Shown: positions 12,584 to 25,189 of the stretch, in pieces
Layout of the letters: each line of letters opens with the position of its first letter
How positions within the stretch are numbered: position 1 is the stretch's first letter
Assembly (NCBI GenBank): GCA_950097015.1
Contig: CATNEN010000031.1
Coordinates: 3,519,861 to 3,583,860, forward strand
DNA from: Macrostomum hystrix
Taxonomy: Eukaryota > Animalia > Platyhelminthes
Reading direction: 5' to 3'
Length of the DNA stretch: 64,000 nucleotides
The notes under the pieces: model-generated
Seen by the model: the letters and a program-made list of their open reading frames with translations, nothing else
Told to the model about the DNA's origin: nothing
The model's database searches: none
Position numbers and translations under genes: made by a program

Positions 12584-15500
12584 ATGGCCTTTAACGCAGC
12601 CGCTGAGAGCAGAGCCATTGCCGGCGGCTACTTGCCGCCACCGCCGCCACCGCCACCGCCGCCTCCGTCGGGGCAACTGCCGCAGAGGCAGTCGCATTTG
12701 CACGGCGCCGGCGGTCCGCTGTCGCACCCGCACCATCCGACATCATCGCATCTTCATCAGCCAACACCGCAAGTGCATCCGCCGCCGCCGCCGCCGCCAC
12801 CGCCTCCGGCCGCATTTTTCTGGCCGCTGAGCTACCCAGCCGCTTATCACCACGCTGCAGCGCCAGACCTGGAGAATTTCTATCGGTTCGGCTACCACGG
12901 CGCTCTGCAGATGGGAGGCGGCTGCGGCAGCGGCGGCAGCGGTGGTGGTGGACGTGGCTAGTAGCAGGAAAATGTCAGAGATGCATCTTGACGCTTCGGC
13001 AGGCTTTGGCGGCTTTGGCTGCCATCCTGGCGGTCAGCACCAGCTGCAGAACCAGCACCAGCACCAGCAGCACCAGCTGCAGCATCCGCAACCTCAGCAA
13101 CAGCAGCAGCAGCAGCAACAGCAAAACATGGACACACTAAAAGTCATGGGCGGCATGGGCAGCGGTGGCAGCCGGGACGATCGCTGCAACGATGACAACG
13201 CCGACATGAGCGGAGACCAGGTCGACGACGACTGCGGAAGCCGACGGCGACATTAGTGGCGTCGACGGCGGTGACGGAGGTGACGGCGGCGTTGGCGGCA
13301 GCGGCGTTGCTGGCGGCATGGAGGGACCTCCATTCCGAGGCTTCAAGTGCAAAATCTGTCACCAGGTAAGATAAAATGGTCTGTTTAGCACCGTTGCACT
13401 GAATCTTGCTTACCTTTTTGTCGCAATTTGATTGAAATTTCCAATCGGCATTCACAAATCCGTCGCAGCTCAGTCATTTCCGTTTCCTCAGCAGAGCCAG
13501 ACACTGAAAAAACTCGGTTTCGGAGCCAGTTGTAAATTTTTTCAGTTTTCTCAGACGAATTAGTGAGTTCTTCTGTTCTAAACGCAGGTTTTTCAACAAA
13601 TTCTTCCAACAAGAAATTTAAATCTGTGCAAGAAAAGTATCATCAGAAACACTGGCGCCAGAGGCTGAGTAGGGAACCATTTGTTAAGCTTTTTATCTCC
13701 GCGCGGCTTGCGGAAAACTGTACGGATGACAACGGCGCTGATTGACAGGATGGGGCAGGCTGTTTGAGTGCTTTGACGGGTGACGGCAGCAGTTGTGTAG
13801 GATGGTGAAGCATAAAAAATATAATGCAGAACTATTCACAGCAGCAGCAGCCGCATCTCTGCACTGCTTTTCGAAGTCAATGGACCGAACGTGGTCAGGT
13901 TCTGCAGCAACTATAGTCAGCATCACAGCAGCATCTGTATGTGGGGTAGAATAGGATTGAAATTTACGCACAAAAACACACTTCAGCACCACGACAATGC
14001 TATGAGGACACAGGTGCGTTTAGCATAGATAGCAACAATAATTTGGCGTGACCATTTGTTTAGTTCTTAGGGAATGATGATTGTCTTTGTCCCTAAACTC
14101 TCAGCTGATGCTCAATAACTACGAGTTATTAAAAACAGTTATTTAGGCTTCTGCAGGGTTTGAACTCAGGACCTCGACTAAGAATAATTCAGTTACAGGA
14201 TCTTCTATAGCATGGTCTTTGTTCTCTTTGTTCGGCTTTAATATGCACGACTGAAAACTTTTGTTAAGATGTTGAATGCTAAATTTAGAATTAAACTTTT
14301 TGAAAAGCAAGCTGAATTAGTCGGCCAAACTCGGCCTTCGAGCTCAACCGTTGGGATGTGGGAGTCAGGGAGGAGGTGTATGTGGGGGTCGATTTGATTG
14401 ACAGGGGGCGCGTGCATGCGAGACAAGCTCATGGCATGTGGGACCAGGCTAGCCCAGCAGGCCCAACTGTCTGCGCAACGCGAGCTGTGAGATTTCGTGA
14501 ATCATTCAATAAAAAGCTCAGCTATATGAAAACAGCTTTTCTTTGCGACAAAAAACTCATGCAGGAACATGAGGGACCCGGGTATTCGGACAAAATCTGT
14601 GATTAACACAAGGACACCACCTGCACTTACTTCCCTGCATCTAGGCCTGCCCAGCAAGACCAACAGCGGATTCCCTTGTCGAATTCCCAGCCAAGTGGGA
14701 GTCCTTGGGCGGATTCCCAACCAAGTCGGATTCCCAATAAATTCGGATTCCCAATAAATTCGGATTCCCAACCAAGTCGGATTCCCAACCAAGTCGGATT
14801 CCCAATCAAGGCGGATTCCCAATCAAGTCGGATTCCCAATCAAGGCGGATTCCCAATCAAGGCGGATTCCCAACCAAGTCGGATTCCCAATCAAGGCGGA
14901 TTCCCAATCAAGGCGGATTCCCAATCAAGTCGGATTCCCAATCAAGGCGGATTCCCAACCAAGGCGGATTCCCAACCAAGTCGGATTCCCAATCAAGGCG
15001 GATTCCCAACCAAGTCGGATTCCCAATCAAGGCGGATTCCCAATCAAGGCGGATTCCCAACCAAGTCGGATTCCCAACCAAGTCGGATTCCCAATCAAGG
15101 CGGATTCCCAATCAAGTCGGATTCCCAACCAATTCGGATTCCCAATCAAGTCGGATTCCCAACCAAGTCGGATTCCCAATCAATTCGGATTCCCAATCAA
15201 GGCGGATTCTCAATCCATTCGGATTCCCAATCAAGGCGGATTCCCTGGGCGGATTCCCTGGGCGGATTCCCTGGGCGGATTCCCTGGGCGGGTTCCCAAT
15301 CAAATCGGGTTCCCTGGGCGGATTCCCAATCAAGTCGGGTTCCCTCGGCGGATTCCCAAATTAAGTCGGGTTCCCTGGGCGGATTCCCTAGTCGCATTTT
15401 ACATAGGTCTCTTTATGGCTCATTTAATCAGTAAAATTCTAAGCGCAAGGACCAGTAAACCCAATGATTTACTAACACTGACGATGCCGAGCTAGCAGAT

Positions 15501-15866
15501 TTTTAAAATTATTTTATAAAGTGAAAATAAATCGCTGGAAATCACGTTTTGTTTAAGACCCGAGCGGTATGAGTCAGTTTACTGATGCTGAATGGACTCA
15601 GGTAAGAAGCAGACAGACAGTCTGGAAGAAATGCAGCAGCTATAGAGACTCTAGGCTCTTTGTTACTATCGGGGGTCGTTTAAGTGGAGAGAGACAGCAA
15701 ATTTAAGCTAAATTAGTTGCTTATTGCTCATCTGAGTCTTCAACTGTCCGACCGTACCTTGAATTCCCTTTTCTTCTCAAGCACATTGCTTGTGCACTTA
15801 AATTTAAGAGGCCTCTAGAATTAACTTGTCTGCATCTCAGTCAAAAGTGGCCAGGCAGTCATCTGT

Positions 15867-15907
<41 letters not shown>

Positions 15908-18900
15908 TCTGGTCCGGCGGTGAAAGGCAAACAAACCGCTTCTGACATTTATAATGTTATGGCCTGTCTCTCTAGTGTCACCGAGATTTCAACATCTCAA
16001 ATAGTTTCAATGGATTTATTGAAGAATTGAGGCTTTTGATAATAAGCGTCACTTGAAATCGGGAGAAATTGTTGCATGCGGCTGGTTTTGCTTTGAGATA
16101 TTTGTGCTTCGACAAATATTCCAGTGAGCAAAGCCACGAATAGCTAAGTGGAGTTTGAGCACACAGTTTGCATAATGATAATGATCAAACTCATTCTCCA
16201 CAGCTAGCATTGTGTTCCATTATTAAATCTTAAAGGGAAAACTGCTGTATAGGCTAAGGTCCTTTCAAGCCCATTGATCTGTCAAACTTGTAAATCACCG
16301 GTAAGGAACTCGCTCATCTCGTACAATACTGCATGGATGATTTGTGACACAATCACTAGGCTCAGCTGCCAACTGTGTAGGGAACTCAGTCGTTAATAAT
16401 AATAATACTAATTCTGATGGTCTAGCGAGGGAGCCGGAGATAAGTGGGTCGGGGGGGCGACTGTGTTGAGCCCCGGGGGATTTCCTATACTAGAGAGAGA
16501 CTTCGCCTGTCTGACAGCTGTCCTTGGACCCTCGGATCCAGTCTCCGTACATGGCGGCTCCGAGATACAACTGTTGAGAACTCGCAGACTCCATCCCGGA
16601 CAGCCATAGCAATCAGACAGGTTGAGATGGTTGATGAGGGCATCTAAAGCTAGAGCTAAATCACATTTGATAAATTATGTGGGATACGGGATTTGCTCGG
16701 TGAAAAAATAGCGGGAAATTTCTACTCATTTTAAATGTTGCCGTTGCTAAGGATCAGGGAGTGATTAGGGTTTGGATTACTAAACTAAAATAAACTCCCG
16801 GTGGTCAGGAGTTCGAATCTCAATACAAGGAAACAATGAATTTTTATTGCCTCCTAGGGCAGACATTTGACGCAGCATTTTATCACTTACAGCATGACAT
16901 ATTTACACACGCTTGTGCCCAAATATACTTCATCCATAAGGAACACACAAATAGTCTCATACACTCCAATCTTATCCAAATCCCAACAGAAATCTCCCTT
17001 CCTCCATCACTGGCTTCGAACTTTTTTCTCCAGTCAATTTCTAGTCGCTCTCATTCTCCCAGACTCCCGCGGGTGAGTTGGTTCTCTCCCTCCCCCTGCT
17101 GCAGTGCTTCCCACGGGCTTGTCTCCGCGTGGCAGCGCGTCACAGCGGGTCTCATTAGCAGGACTCCACTTGCTTGACATCTATAGCCCACACACACACA
17201 GGCCTATAGCAGCTCTCTGCACAGGCGGTCTGTGAACTCGCTTTACTAGTTCTTTTAGAGTTTTGAACCCATTCACTCGCGCTTCCTTCATAGGGAAGTT
17301 GCGAGTCTGGGCGTCGATAACAGTCAGCCATTGATTCTGACGGGAAAACTGAGCAGCATTTGGCAACATTTCCAATATGGAAACAACTTCGTTTATAATG
17401 AATCTTGCAGCTGGAGAAGAACTCCTTACACCTGATTTCTTTGTTTCCTATAAGCCCTAGTTGAAGATTTCAGAAATGAAAAAAGTCTGGAACTGGTTGC
17501 TCAGTTAATTGGCTTTTCTGGAGAGTATTAAGGTGCTGTGGGAGTGCCGAGAAAGGCCAATTATGCTACGGTAACGACTTTACCTCTTACAAATGCTAGC
17601 CTGAACCGAAGCACAACAGAAGACTTAAAAAACGCTAAACTGACAGAGCTCAAATGCTCAGTGTTTTATCGACATCTGCGGCTGACACCTGTGGTGTCAT
17701 GATGAGAAATTTACGCGCGAAAGTCAGAGGATCAGGGAGTTACGGGTGTCAGGGGATCAGGGAGTCACGGGTGTCAAGGGATCAGTAAGTCACTGGTGAC
17801 TGGGGATCAGGGAGTCGCGGGTGTCAGGGGATCAGGAAGTCAACGGATTTCAGGGGATCACGGAGTCACTGGTGACTGGGGATCAGGGAGTCGCGGGTGT
17901 CAGGGGATCAGGGAGTCACGGGTGTCAAGGGATCAGGAAGTCACTGGTGACTGGGGATCAGGGAGTCGCGGGTGTCAGGGGATCAGGAAGTCAACGGATT
18001 TCAGGGGATCACGGAGTCACTGGTGACTGGGGATCAGGGAGTCGCGTGTGTCAGGGGATCAGGGAGTCACGGGTGTCAAGGGATCAGGAAGTCACTGGTG
18101 TCTGGGGATCAGGGAGTCGCGGGTGTCAGGAGATAAGGAAGTCAACGGATTTTAGGGGATCACGGAGTCACTGGTGACTGGGGATCAGGGAGTCGCGGGA
18201 TTCAGGGGATCAGGGAGTCACTGGTGACTGGGGATCAGGGAGTCGCGGGTGTCAGGAAGTCAACGGATTTCAGGGGATCAGGGAGTCACTGGTGACTGGG
18301 GATCAGGAAGTCAACGGATTTCAGGGGATCACGGAGTCACTGGTGACTGGGGATCAGGGAGTCGCGGGTGTCAGGAAGTCAACGGATTTCAGGGGATCAC
18401 GGAGTCACTGGTGACTGGGGATCAGGGAGTCGCGGGTGTCAGGGGATCAGGGAGTCACGGGTGTCAAGGGATCAGGAAGTCACTGGTGACTGGGGATCAG
18501 GGAGTCGCGGGTGTCAGGGGATCAGGGAGTCACGGGTGTCAAGGGATCAGGAAGTCACTGGTGACTGGGGATCAGGGAGTCACGCGGGATAGATGGCTCT
18601 GAGACGTGAAAATTAATCCTGTATTCAGTTTCATATTTTCAGATGATCATTGCGTAATTAATCGAGAATGATACGACGTTCTGATTATTACTTGGTCGTT
18701 CGTTGAAAAAAGTTAAATAAACTACGTTAAATATTTTTTAATTATTCATTTACGTCTCTCTTGTATCTCTAGGCCAAGCTTCTGATTTTGTTGCCACAAG
18801 CCAAGTATTCAGAAAACAATGGATTAAACAATATAGACTGAGGGAAGTAGATATTTAAGCGAAAATGGTGGCAAGATGGTGGCTTATAATTATGATGGAT

Positions 18901-21900
18901 GGCCATAAAGCACATGCTTATAATAGCCTCAGAAAAGCAAATTGAGAAGGAATCAACCATTTGGGATTTCTCTCCCATTTCTGGGCACAGAAAAAGCTGC
19001 GATCCCCACAAAATGCAACGCGAGCGTGCCACAGACCAGCGTTGGCAACAGGGCCTCAACAATGCCGGAGAGGTTGGGGATCTAGAGGATATTAGGGACT
19101 ACAAGGGGACACACGGGAGCAGCGGAGAAGCGCGTCAGTGAAAGAGGAAAATGCTGTGGAGATTTTTTTCGGTCAGTTTTTTCATTCTTCCCATCTGTGA
19201 CTGGGGCATTGGGGGGCATTGTTGTTGCGACTGGGCGGGACGTGAGGCAACTCGGGTCGGGGGAGGGGAGAATTCGAGCGAGCTAAGAGCGGCTCTAGGA
19301 GGAGGAAAAAAACAACAAACATTTTTTATCCTCTATTCTCCAGGGTCCTCAAGCCCCGCCTCTCCCGGGGCTTCACCGCGCGCCAACCCCTGCGCCTCCC
19401 TACCGACTCAAATCCCTTTTTTTCTCGCTGGCTTAGGGAGCTGGGGGGTTTTGGTGGGGCAATTAGGCCGGCCCACTTCGATGAGGAGGGGAGATCCGCA
19501 CGTGATGCCAGAGCTTTGGGGATCTATTAATTAGAGTGGGAAATATGTAGGAAGGCAATGGGATAATAGATCGGGGAGACATTCGGCTTTGGCATGAAAA
19601 AAATCCTTCAGCCCCATCGCAACCGTCGTGAGGCGATTCGAGCAACTTTTCCCCTGCCTTCCCCTCCCCTCATTCGGCCCTGTTCCCATTCGACCAGATT
19701 TCGTCTCTCTGCCTCTCCCGCCCGTCAATGCCTACATGAGCGTTTTTTTCCGAACGAGAATTTGAAAAAGCAAAACTTTTTTCATTTATTTCTTTTTCTA
19801 ATTCTGTCTTGAACCCGAGATTTCTCGAGCTCGTGGATCGTGAATCTATTATCCGAAATCTAAAGATTTAATATTCTATGAAATATGTTTAGCTCAGGAG
19901 TGTAAGGATCAGGGTTTAGTGTCAGGAGGGGATCGAGAAGTCACTGTTGTCAAGTATCTGGGTGTCACGGGTGTCAGGGGATCAGGGAGTCACGGGTGTC
20001 AGGAGATCAGGGAGTCGCTGGCATCAGGGGATCAGGAGGTCAACGGATTTCAGGGATCACAGAGTCACTGGTCACTGGGGATCCGGGAGTCGCGGGTGTC
20101 AGGAGGGGATCAGGGAGTCACGAGTGTCGGGAGGGGATCATCGAGTCACGAGTGTCAGGAGGGGATCATGGAGTCACGAGTGTCAGGAGGGGATCAGGGA
20201 GTCACGAGTGTCAGGAGGGGATCATGGAGTCACGAGTGTCAGGAGGGGATCCGGGAGTCACGAGTGTCAGGAGGGGATCAGGGAGTCACGAGTGTCAGGA
20301 GGGGATCAGGGAGTCACGAGTGTCAGGAGGGGATCAGGGAGTCACGAGTGTCAGGAGGGGATCATGGAGTCACGAGTGTCAGGAGGGGATCATGGAGTCA
20401 CGAGTGTCAGGAGGGGATCATGGAGTCACGAGTGTCAGGAGGGGATCAGGGAGTCACGGGTGTCTTGACTTAGCTGCAGGGGGCATCCCACGGATGCAGC
20501 GGGGACGCCTTGCCGCCCATTCCGCTAGCCCCTGGCGACCAAAGCCGCGGTGTCGCGCAGGGGGATCGGGTGATGCCGGCGTCCACAGCGCGGTCCTCCT
20601 CCGGAGAGTCCGGGAGGTGGAGAGTCGCTCGCCCAGTGACCCTTAGGTAACGGACGAGCTGGCAGATGTTCTCAGGCCTGAAAACGTCGGGGAGATTCGG
20701 GTTTGGGCCGAGATCGGTGAGCCTGTCCTGAGTGAAGGCGGGGCAGTCGCAAATAAAATGTTCTGCATCCTCAACGTAGGAGAGGCAGAAAGGGCATTCC
20801 TCACTGCGGATTTTGCCTTGCAGGAAGCGGTCCCTGGCGAAACAGCCGTGGCCAGAGAGGGCCATGGTGACTGCCCTGATTTCCCTGCGTTTAATTCCAA
20901 GCAGGGCCTTGCGAAGGGCAGTGGAGGGACAAGGAACAGCAGCGCGAGACAATCGGCGGTATTGCTCCATCTGTCCTTGTGCTTTGAGGCCACCCACTAG
21001 TAAATCCGAGTGTTGACGACGGCGGTAGGGGTGGAGACCGCAGGCACGGGGCCAAAAAGCGAACCCGTCGAACCGGCCTTGGCGAGGCTGTCGGCCAATT
21101 CGTCACGGGTGCCAGGGGACCATAGTAACCCCGCTTAAGCTCAATCGCTGGTGGCGTATAGTTCACACAATGTCCGCACCGAATCCCTCCCACCGCGCAG
21201 TTGTGCTTCAACAAGCAGGACCTGCTGCTGCACAACAGCTCGGTGCACAAGGCCGATCCCAGGCCGTTCCAGTGCGACACCTGCGGCCGGCAATTCGCCA
21301 CTGCGGCCTACCTGTGCCAGCACAGGCGAATCCACACCGGCCAGAGACCCTACGGCTGCAAGTTCTGCGACAAGCGCTTCACCCAGCTGTCACACGTGCA
21401 GCAGCACGAGCGGATTCACACAGGCGACAAGCCCTACCGCTGCTGGCACTGCGCCAAGAGCTTCACCCAGATGAGCAACCTGCAGAGCCACCAGCGGCAG
21501 CACACCAAGGACAAGCCGCACAGGTGCGACGCCTGCCACATGTGCTTCGACTCCAGGGAGGAGCTGGACACGCACGCGGCCGCCAGACACAGCACCAACA
21601 AGTACAGCCGGGTGCTGCTCTGCCGGGTCTGCGGCAAGGCCTACAATTCAGAAACTTACCTTAGCAAGCACCTGGCCAAGCACAGGGACAAGCAGGCAAG
21701 GCAGAATGAGCAGCAGCAGCAGCAGCAGCACGCCACCGACTTCGCTGCTCATCGTTCGCCACTGGCACCGCCGCTGCCGCCGCAGCCGCTTCAACACCAG
21801 AATCATATTCAGCAACAGCAGCAGCAGCAGCAGCATCCGTCTAATATGGCACTGGTGCAGCCGGCCGTCACCTCGTCGCCTTCGTCTGGTCAACACGCGG

Positions 21901-22007
21901 CTGCCGCAGCCGCAGCCGCAGCCGCCGCAGCCGCAGCCGCAGCAGCCAATGGCTATTCGTCCGCTTTCGCTAGCGGGGTGGCCGGTCCGTTCAAGTTCGC
22001 ATTCTGA
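12584..22007 (+). CDS. C2H2 zinc-finger transcription factor, rotund/squeeze/LIN-29/ZNF384-like; 5' exon frameshifted as assembled
   Basis: Exon 1 ends FKCKICHQ at 13365 (gtaag). Exon 2 (21201-22007) starts [16 protein letters not shown], completing finger 1 in phase 0. It continues with five more fingers including [20 protein letters not shown] and [19 protein letters not shown], then poly-Q and poly-A tails. The start codon is uncertain (12584, 12972 or 13318). Confidence 0.85.
14690..15390 (+). repeat. 17-bp minisatellite (~40 copies) in the zinc-finger intron
   Basis: Unit cggattcccaa(t/c)caag(g/t); accounts for the 252-aa ORF 14676-15434. Confidence 0.93.
15868..15906 (+). repeat. (CTG)n microsatellite
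   Basis: Run of tgc repeats, about 13 units. Confidence 0.9.
17727..18590 (+). repeat. Composite GGATCAGGGAGTC minisatellite
   Basis: Interleaved subunits ggggatcagggagtc(a/g)cgggtgtca, ggaagtcaacggatttca and gtcactggtgact. Confidence 0.93.
19905..20465 (+). repeat. 28-bp minisatellite related to the 17.7-kb array
   Basis: Unit agtcacgagtgtcaggaggggatca(g/t)gg. Confidence 0.93.
20560..21150 (-). mobile_element. Decayed non-LTR retrotransposon 3' fragment (RNase H C-terminus plus CCHC-like domain; I/R1/Loa/Tad-type)
   Basis: Minus-strand translation [19 protein letters not shown] resembles RNase H WVPGH..GNE.AD.LAK. It is followed by [42 protein letters not shown]. Stops and frameshifts are present. 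Confidence 0.8.
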
Positions 22008-22789
22008 TCCTGATAACAGTAGGGCTGGGGGCTTTGGCAGTCCTGAAAAAACACATTCTTATATATGAATAACTGGCTTATATATAATCTTTGAAATTCA
22101 AAAAGGTTATAAAAATCTAACTTTGATATCTCAAATGGAAATCTTTTTCTTATTACACTGATTTACTGTCTTGTGTCCGTCAATGCTTTTCTTTTTGTCA
22201 TCAATTTTTGACTATTAATACAGTCCGCACGATATTCCCAATCGCACTACTGTAAGTAGCTTTGTAGAGGATTTTGTTGGTGAAATGTGAATGCTCTATT
22301 GCAATTCTATCGCTGAAAATTGTCTAATATTGGATGCCTGTGACACTGCGGCAAGCAGCTCTTTTGTTGATGTAATCCCATGCTATCCCTCTTAGCCCTG
22401 TAATTAGTTTACCCAAGTCCATATTACCGCCTGTAACTGTTACTGAATAGTTACTAACGTAAACTACATATGTCAACACTGATTTCAATCTATCCAAAGA
22501 TGATTCCGTTGTGAAAAGTTCTAGTTTACACTCGTACAGGTATGTTTTATGTCTATGCACTGACTAACTATTAAGCTTATGAGCAATCTTAATTGGACAC
22601 TATATTATATACGCGAATGAATCTAAGCGCAATTCGAAGTCACTTTGTGTTTGTGAATGATCAGTAAATTACTTATCAGTCGGACTAAATTCGCGCAGGA
22701 AATAATATCCTTTGCTTATTTTCTAGCTGAATATTCAATACATGTAATCTAATATAGTGGAGAGTGATTAAGGAATAGGCTGGGTATAT

Positions 22790-23565
22790 TGAAGAGTAGG
22801 TGAAGTAGATAGGGGAGTAGGCGGAGTAGATTGAAGAAGATTGAAGAGTAGGCTGGGTAGATTAAAGAGTAGGTGGAGTAGATTAAGAAGTAGGCAGTGT
22901 AGATTGAGGAGTAGGTGGAGTGGATTGAGGAGTAGATGGAGTAGATAGAGTAGATTGAGGAGTAGGCGGAGTAGATTGAGAAGAGTAGATTAGATTAGAT
23001 TTGAGAGATTTGAGAGTAGAGTAGATTGAGGAGTAGGTATAGTAGATTAAGGCATAGGTGCAGTAGATTGAGGCGTAGGTAGAGTAGATTGAGGAGTGGG
23101 TAGAGTAGATTGAGGAGTAGGTAAAGTAGATTGAGGAGTAGGTAAAGTAGATTGAGGAGTAGGTAAAGTAGATTGAGGCGTAGGTGTAGTAGATTGAGGA
23201 GTAGGTAGAGTAGATTGAGGAGTAGGTGCAGTAGATTGAGGAGTAGGTGCAGTAGATTGAGGAGTAGGCGCAGTAGATTGAGGAGTAGGTGCAGTATAGA
23301 TTGAGGAGTAGGCGCAGTAGATTGAGGAGTAGGTAGAGTAGATTGAGGAGTAGGTAAAGTAGATTGAGGAGTAGGTAAAGTAGATTGAGGAGTAGGTAGA
23401 GTAGATTGAGGAGTAGGTGTAGTAGATTGAGGAGTAGGTGCAGTAGATTGAGGAGAGTAGATTAGATTAGATTTGAGAGATTTGAGAGTAGAGTAGATTG
23501 AGGAGTAGGTGCAGTAGATTAAAGCGTAGGTGCAGTAGATTGAGGCGTAGGTGGTGTAGACTGTG
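22790..23565 (+). repeat. 21-bp purine-rich minisatellite (~35 copies)
   Basis: Unit gtagattgaggagtaggt(gca/aga/aaa); gives the spurious PQSTLPT / LLLNLLY ORF. Confidence 0.93.
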
Positions 23566-24503
23566 CGCGGGTAGAGTTGTATGTGTATTTGATTTCTTGT
23601 GAGTAGAATCATATTTTAGTTCACACTGAAACCTGGACCAACTTGTTTTATATTTTGAGACTTATACCGACAACACAATTCTAATTTCCCTCTGGCTGGT
23701 CTCAGTTGGTGGCTGCTCAAGCAATTTCTAACGTCAAAGGAAATCAGCGGGGCGATTTCAAGCAGATTGGAGATTGAGAAACAGGGCCAGAAAATTGCAG
23801 CTGCAGTTTTCGCCGAATCAGAAATGTTTAGTGCTCAAGGTAGTTTTCCCATTCTACTCACTCTGAATCATAAAAAGAGATAAAGATATTAAAACCTGTG
23901 ATCGAGAACCTGGGATCGTTAATCCCTTATTGGAAATCAACGACAGGAAATACAAGAAAAAAACTGGATTGGGGTTTCAGGGATCATGGGGGACCAGGGA
24001 ATCCAGTATAGAGAATCCGGGATGGGGAATCCGGTATAGGGAATTCGGGATGGGGAATCCGGGATGGGAAATCCAGGTATTGGGAATTCAGTATAGGAAA
24101 TCCGGGGATGGGGAAATCCGGTGTAGGAAATCCGGGATGGGGAATATATGATAGCAAGTCAGTTGCCAAGTCACTCGTGCTTGACAGCCTTTAGTTTCTG
24201 TCTTGAAAGATTTTTCAGTTGGCAGAATTACAAAAATAGATTTCCTTGCACGGCAACTAAAACAGCAATTCCCGTCCAGATCTGCGACTCGCTGCGACAA
24301 ACTTTCCTGCAGAGAGCTTTGAAGTCTTCAAAGCCAAAGAATACGCTGTTTCTGCAGCCTCACCTACCCTAGAAACTAGGCCAATCAGGCGCAGGTGTTA
24401 AAAACGGCAGAATCTCAAAATTGGAAGATAATTGGTCAGATACCAATTATTACAATTAATTATACCAATGACTGTTGCAGACTGTGACTGTGCAGCCAGA
24501 CAC

Positions 24504-24734
24504 ATGCCTAGCTGTGGAATACTCCTCATGTTTGTGGCGGCCTCCGCCAGCTGTCTCATGCTGGACGCTGACGCCGCCTGCGCAGCAAATCCGGTAGCCT
24601 CGGAGTCGATTGGTCCTGGCAGCTGCAATCGCGAGATCGTCAGGTGCCGCAGTCATCGCGACTGCTGCCAGCCGAACCGGTGCCTGAAACGGCGCGGAAG
24701 CAGCGTCGGCTACTGCTGCTGCATTGTCTGGTGA
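24504..24734 (+). CDS. Small secreted cysteine-rich peptide, inhibitor-cystine-knot (knottin)-like, 76 aa
   Basis: GC-rich island in AT-rich DNA. Hydrophobic signal-like MPSCGILLMFVAASASCLMLDADA is followed by C-x6-C-x5-CC-x4-C-x10-C (CNREIVRCRSHRDCCQPNRCLKRRGSSVGYC). Confidence 0.65.
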   Translation: MPSCGILLMFVAASASCLMLDADAACAANPVASESIGPGSCNREIVRCRSHRDCCQPNRCLKRRGSSVGYCCCIVW

Positions 24735-25189
24735 CTGCCTCGGGCTAGGCCGAGTTAGAGATCGGCTATTGAAATGCGGGGAATTTTCCTGGCTTCCTAG
24801 AAAAAACTGACTTTGTTTTAAAAACACTTCCCAATCAAGACAAAAATGAAAAAATTGGACTTTTAAATTTTATTAGGGAAACTAAATTTCTCCCCATTTA
24901 AACCTATCCAATAAAAATATTTTCTTTTCCTGTCAAAAATAAGTTTGTGTAACGAATAAAACTGAACAAAAACAATGCCCACTGATCTTTGTTTTACCAA
25001 TCAAATTATCGTAATCATTTTAGGTCAAAATTGTTTTAATTGTGAGAAAATACACACAAAACAGACACTTTTTCGATTTTTTTCCTCAAAAATGTGTCTA
25101 AAGGCATGGATAATCAAACGGCAAATTTTTCCAGCATAGATTTTTAAACAATATTTTTAGACCGCCATTTCACAAGGAGCACATACCAG

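Noticed and set aside
13221-13256. 36-nt GT-AG intron to repair the zinc-finger frame
   Set aside because: Its removal keeps frame 0, which hits TGA shortly after, so it does not reach the finger frame.
14676-15434. 252-aa repetitive ORF resembling an adhesive or structural protein
   Set aside because: It lies in a 17-bp array inside the zinc-finger intron, and the unit is not a multiple of 3, so the peptide repeat is incidental.
17130-17450. Two overlapping open frames on the minus strand in the zinc-finger intron
   Set aside because: No recognisable domain, splice structure or codon-usage contrast supports coding.
19382-19396. Exact 15-mer gccaacccctgcgcc shared with 43621-43635
   Set aside because: A few chance 15-mer matches are expected in a 64-kb two-strand comparison, and the match does not extend.
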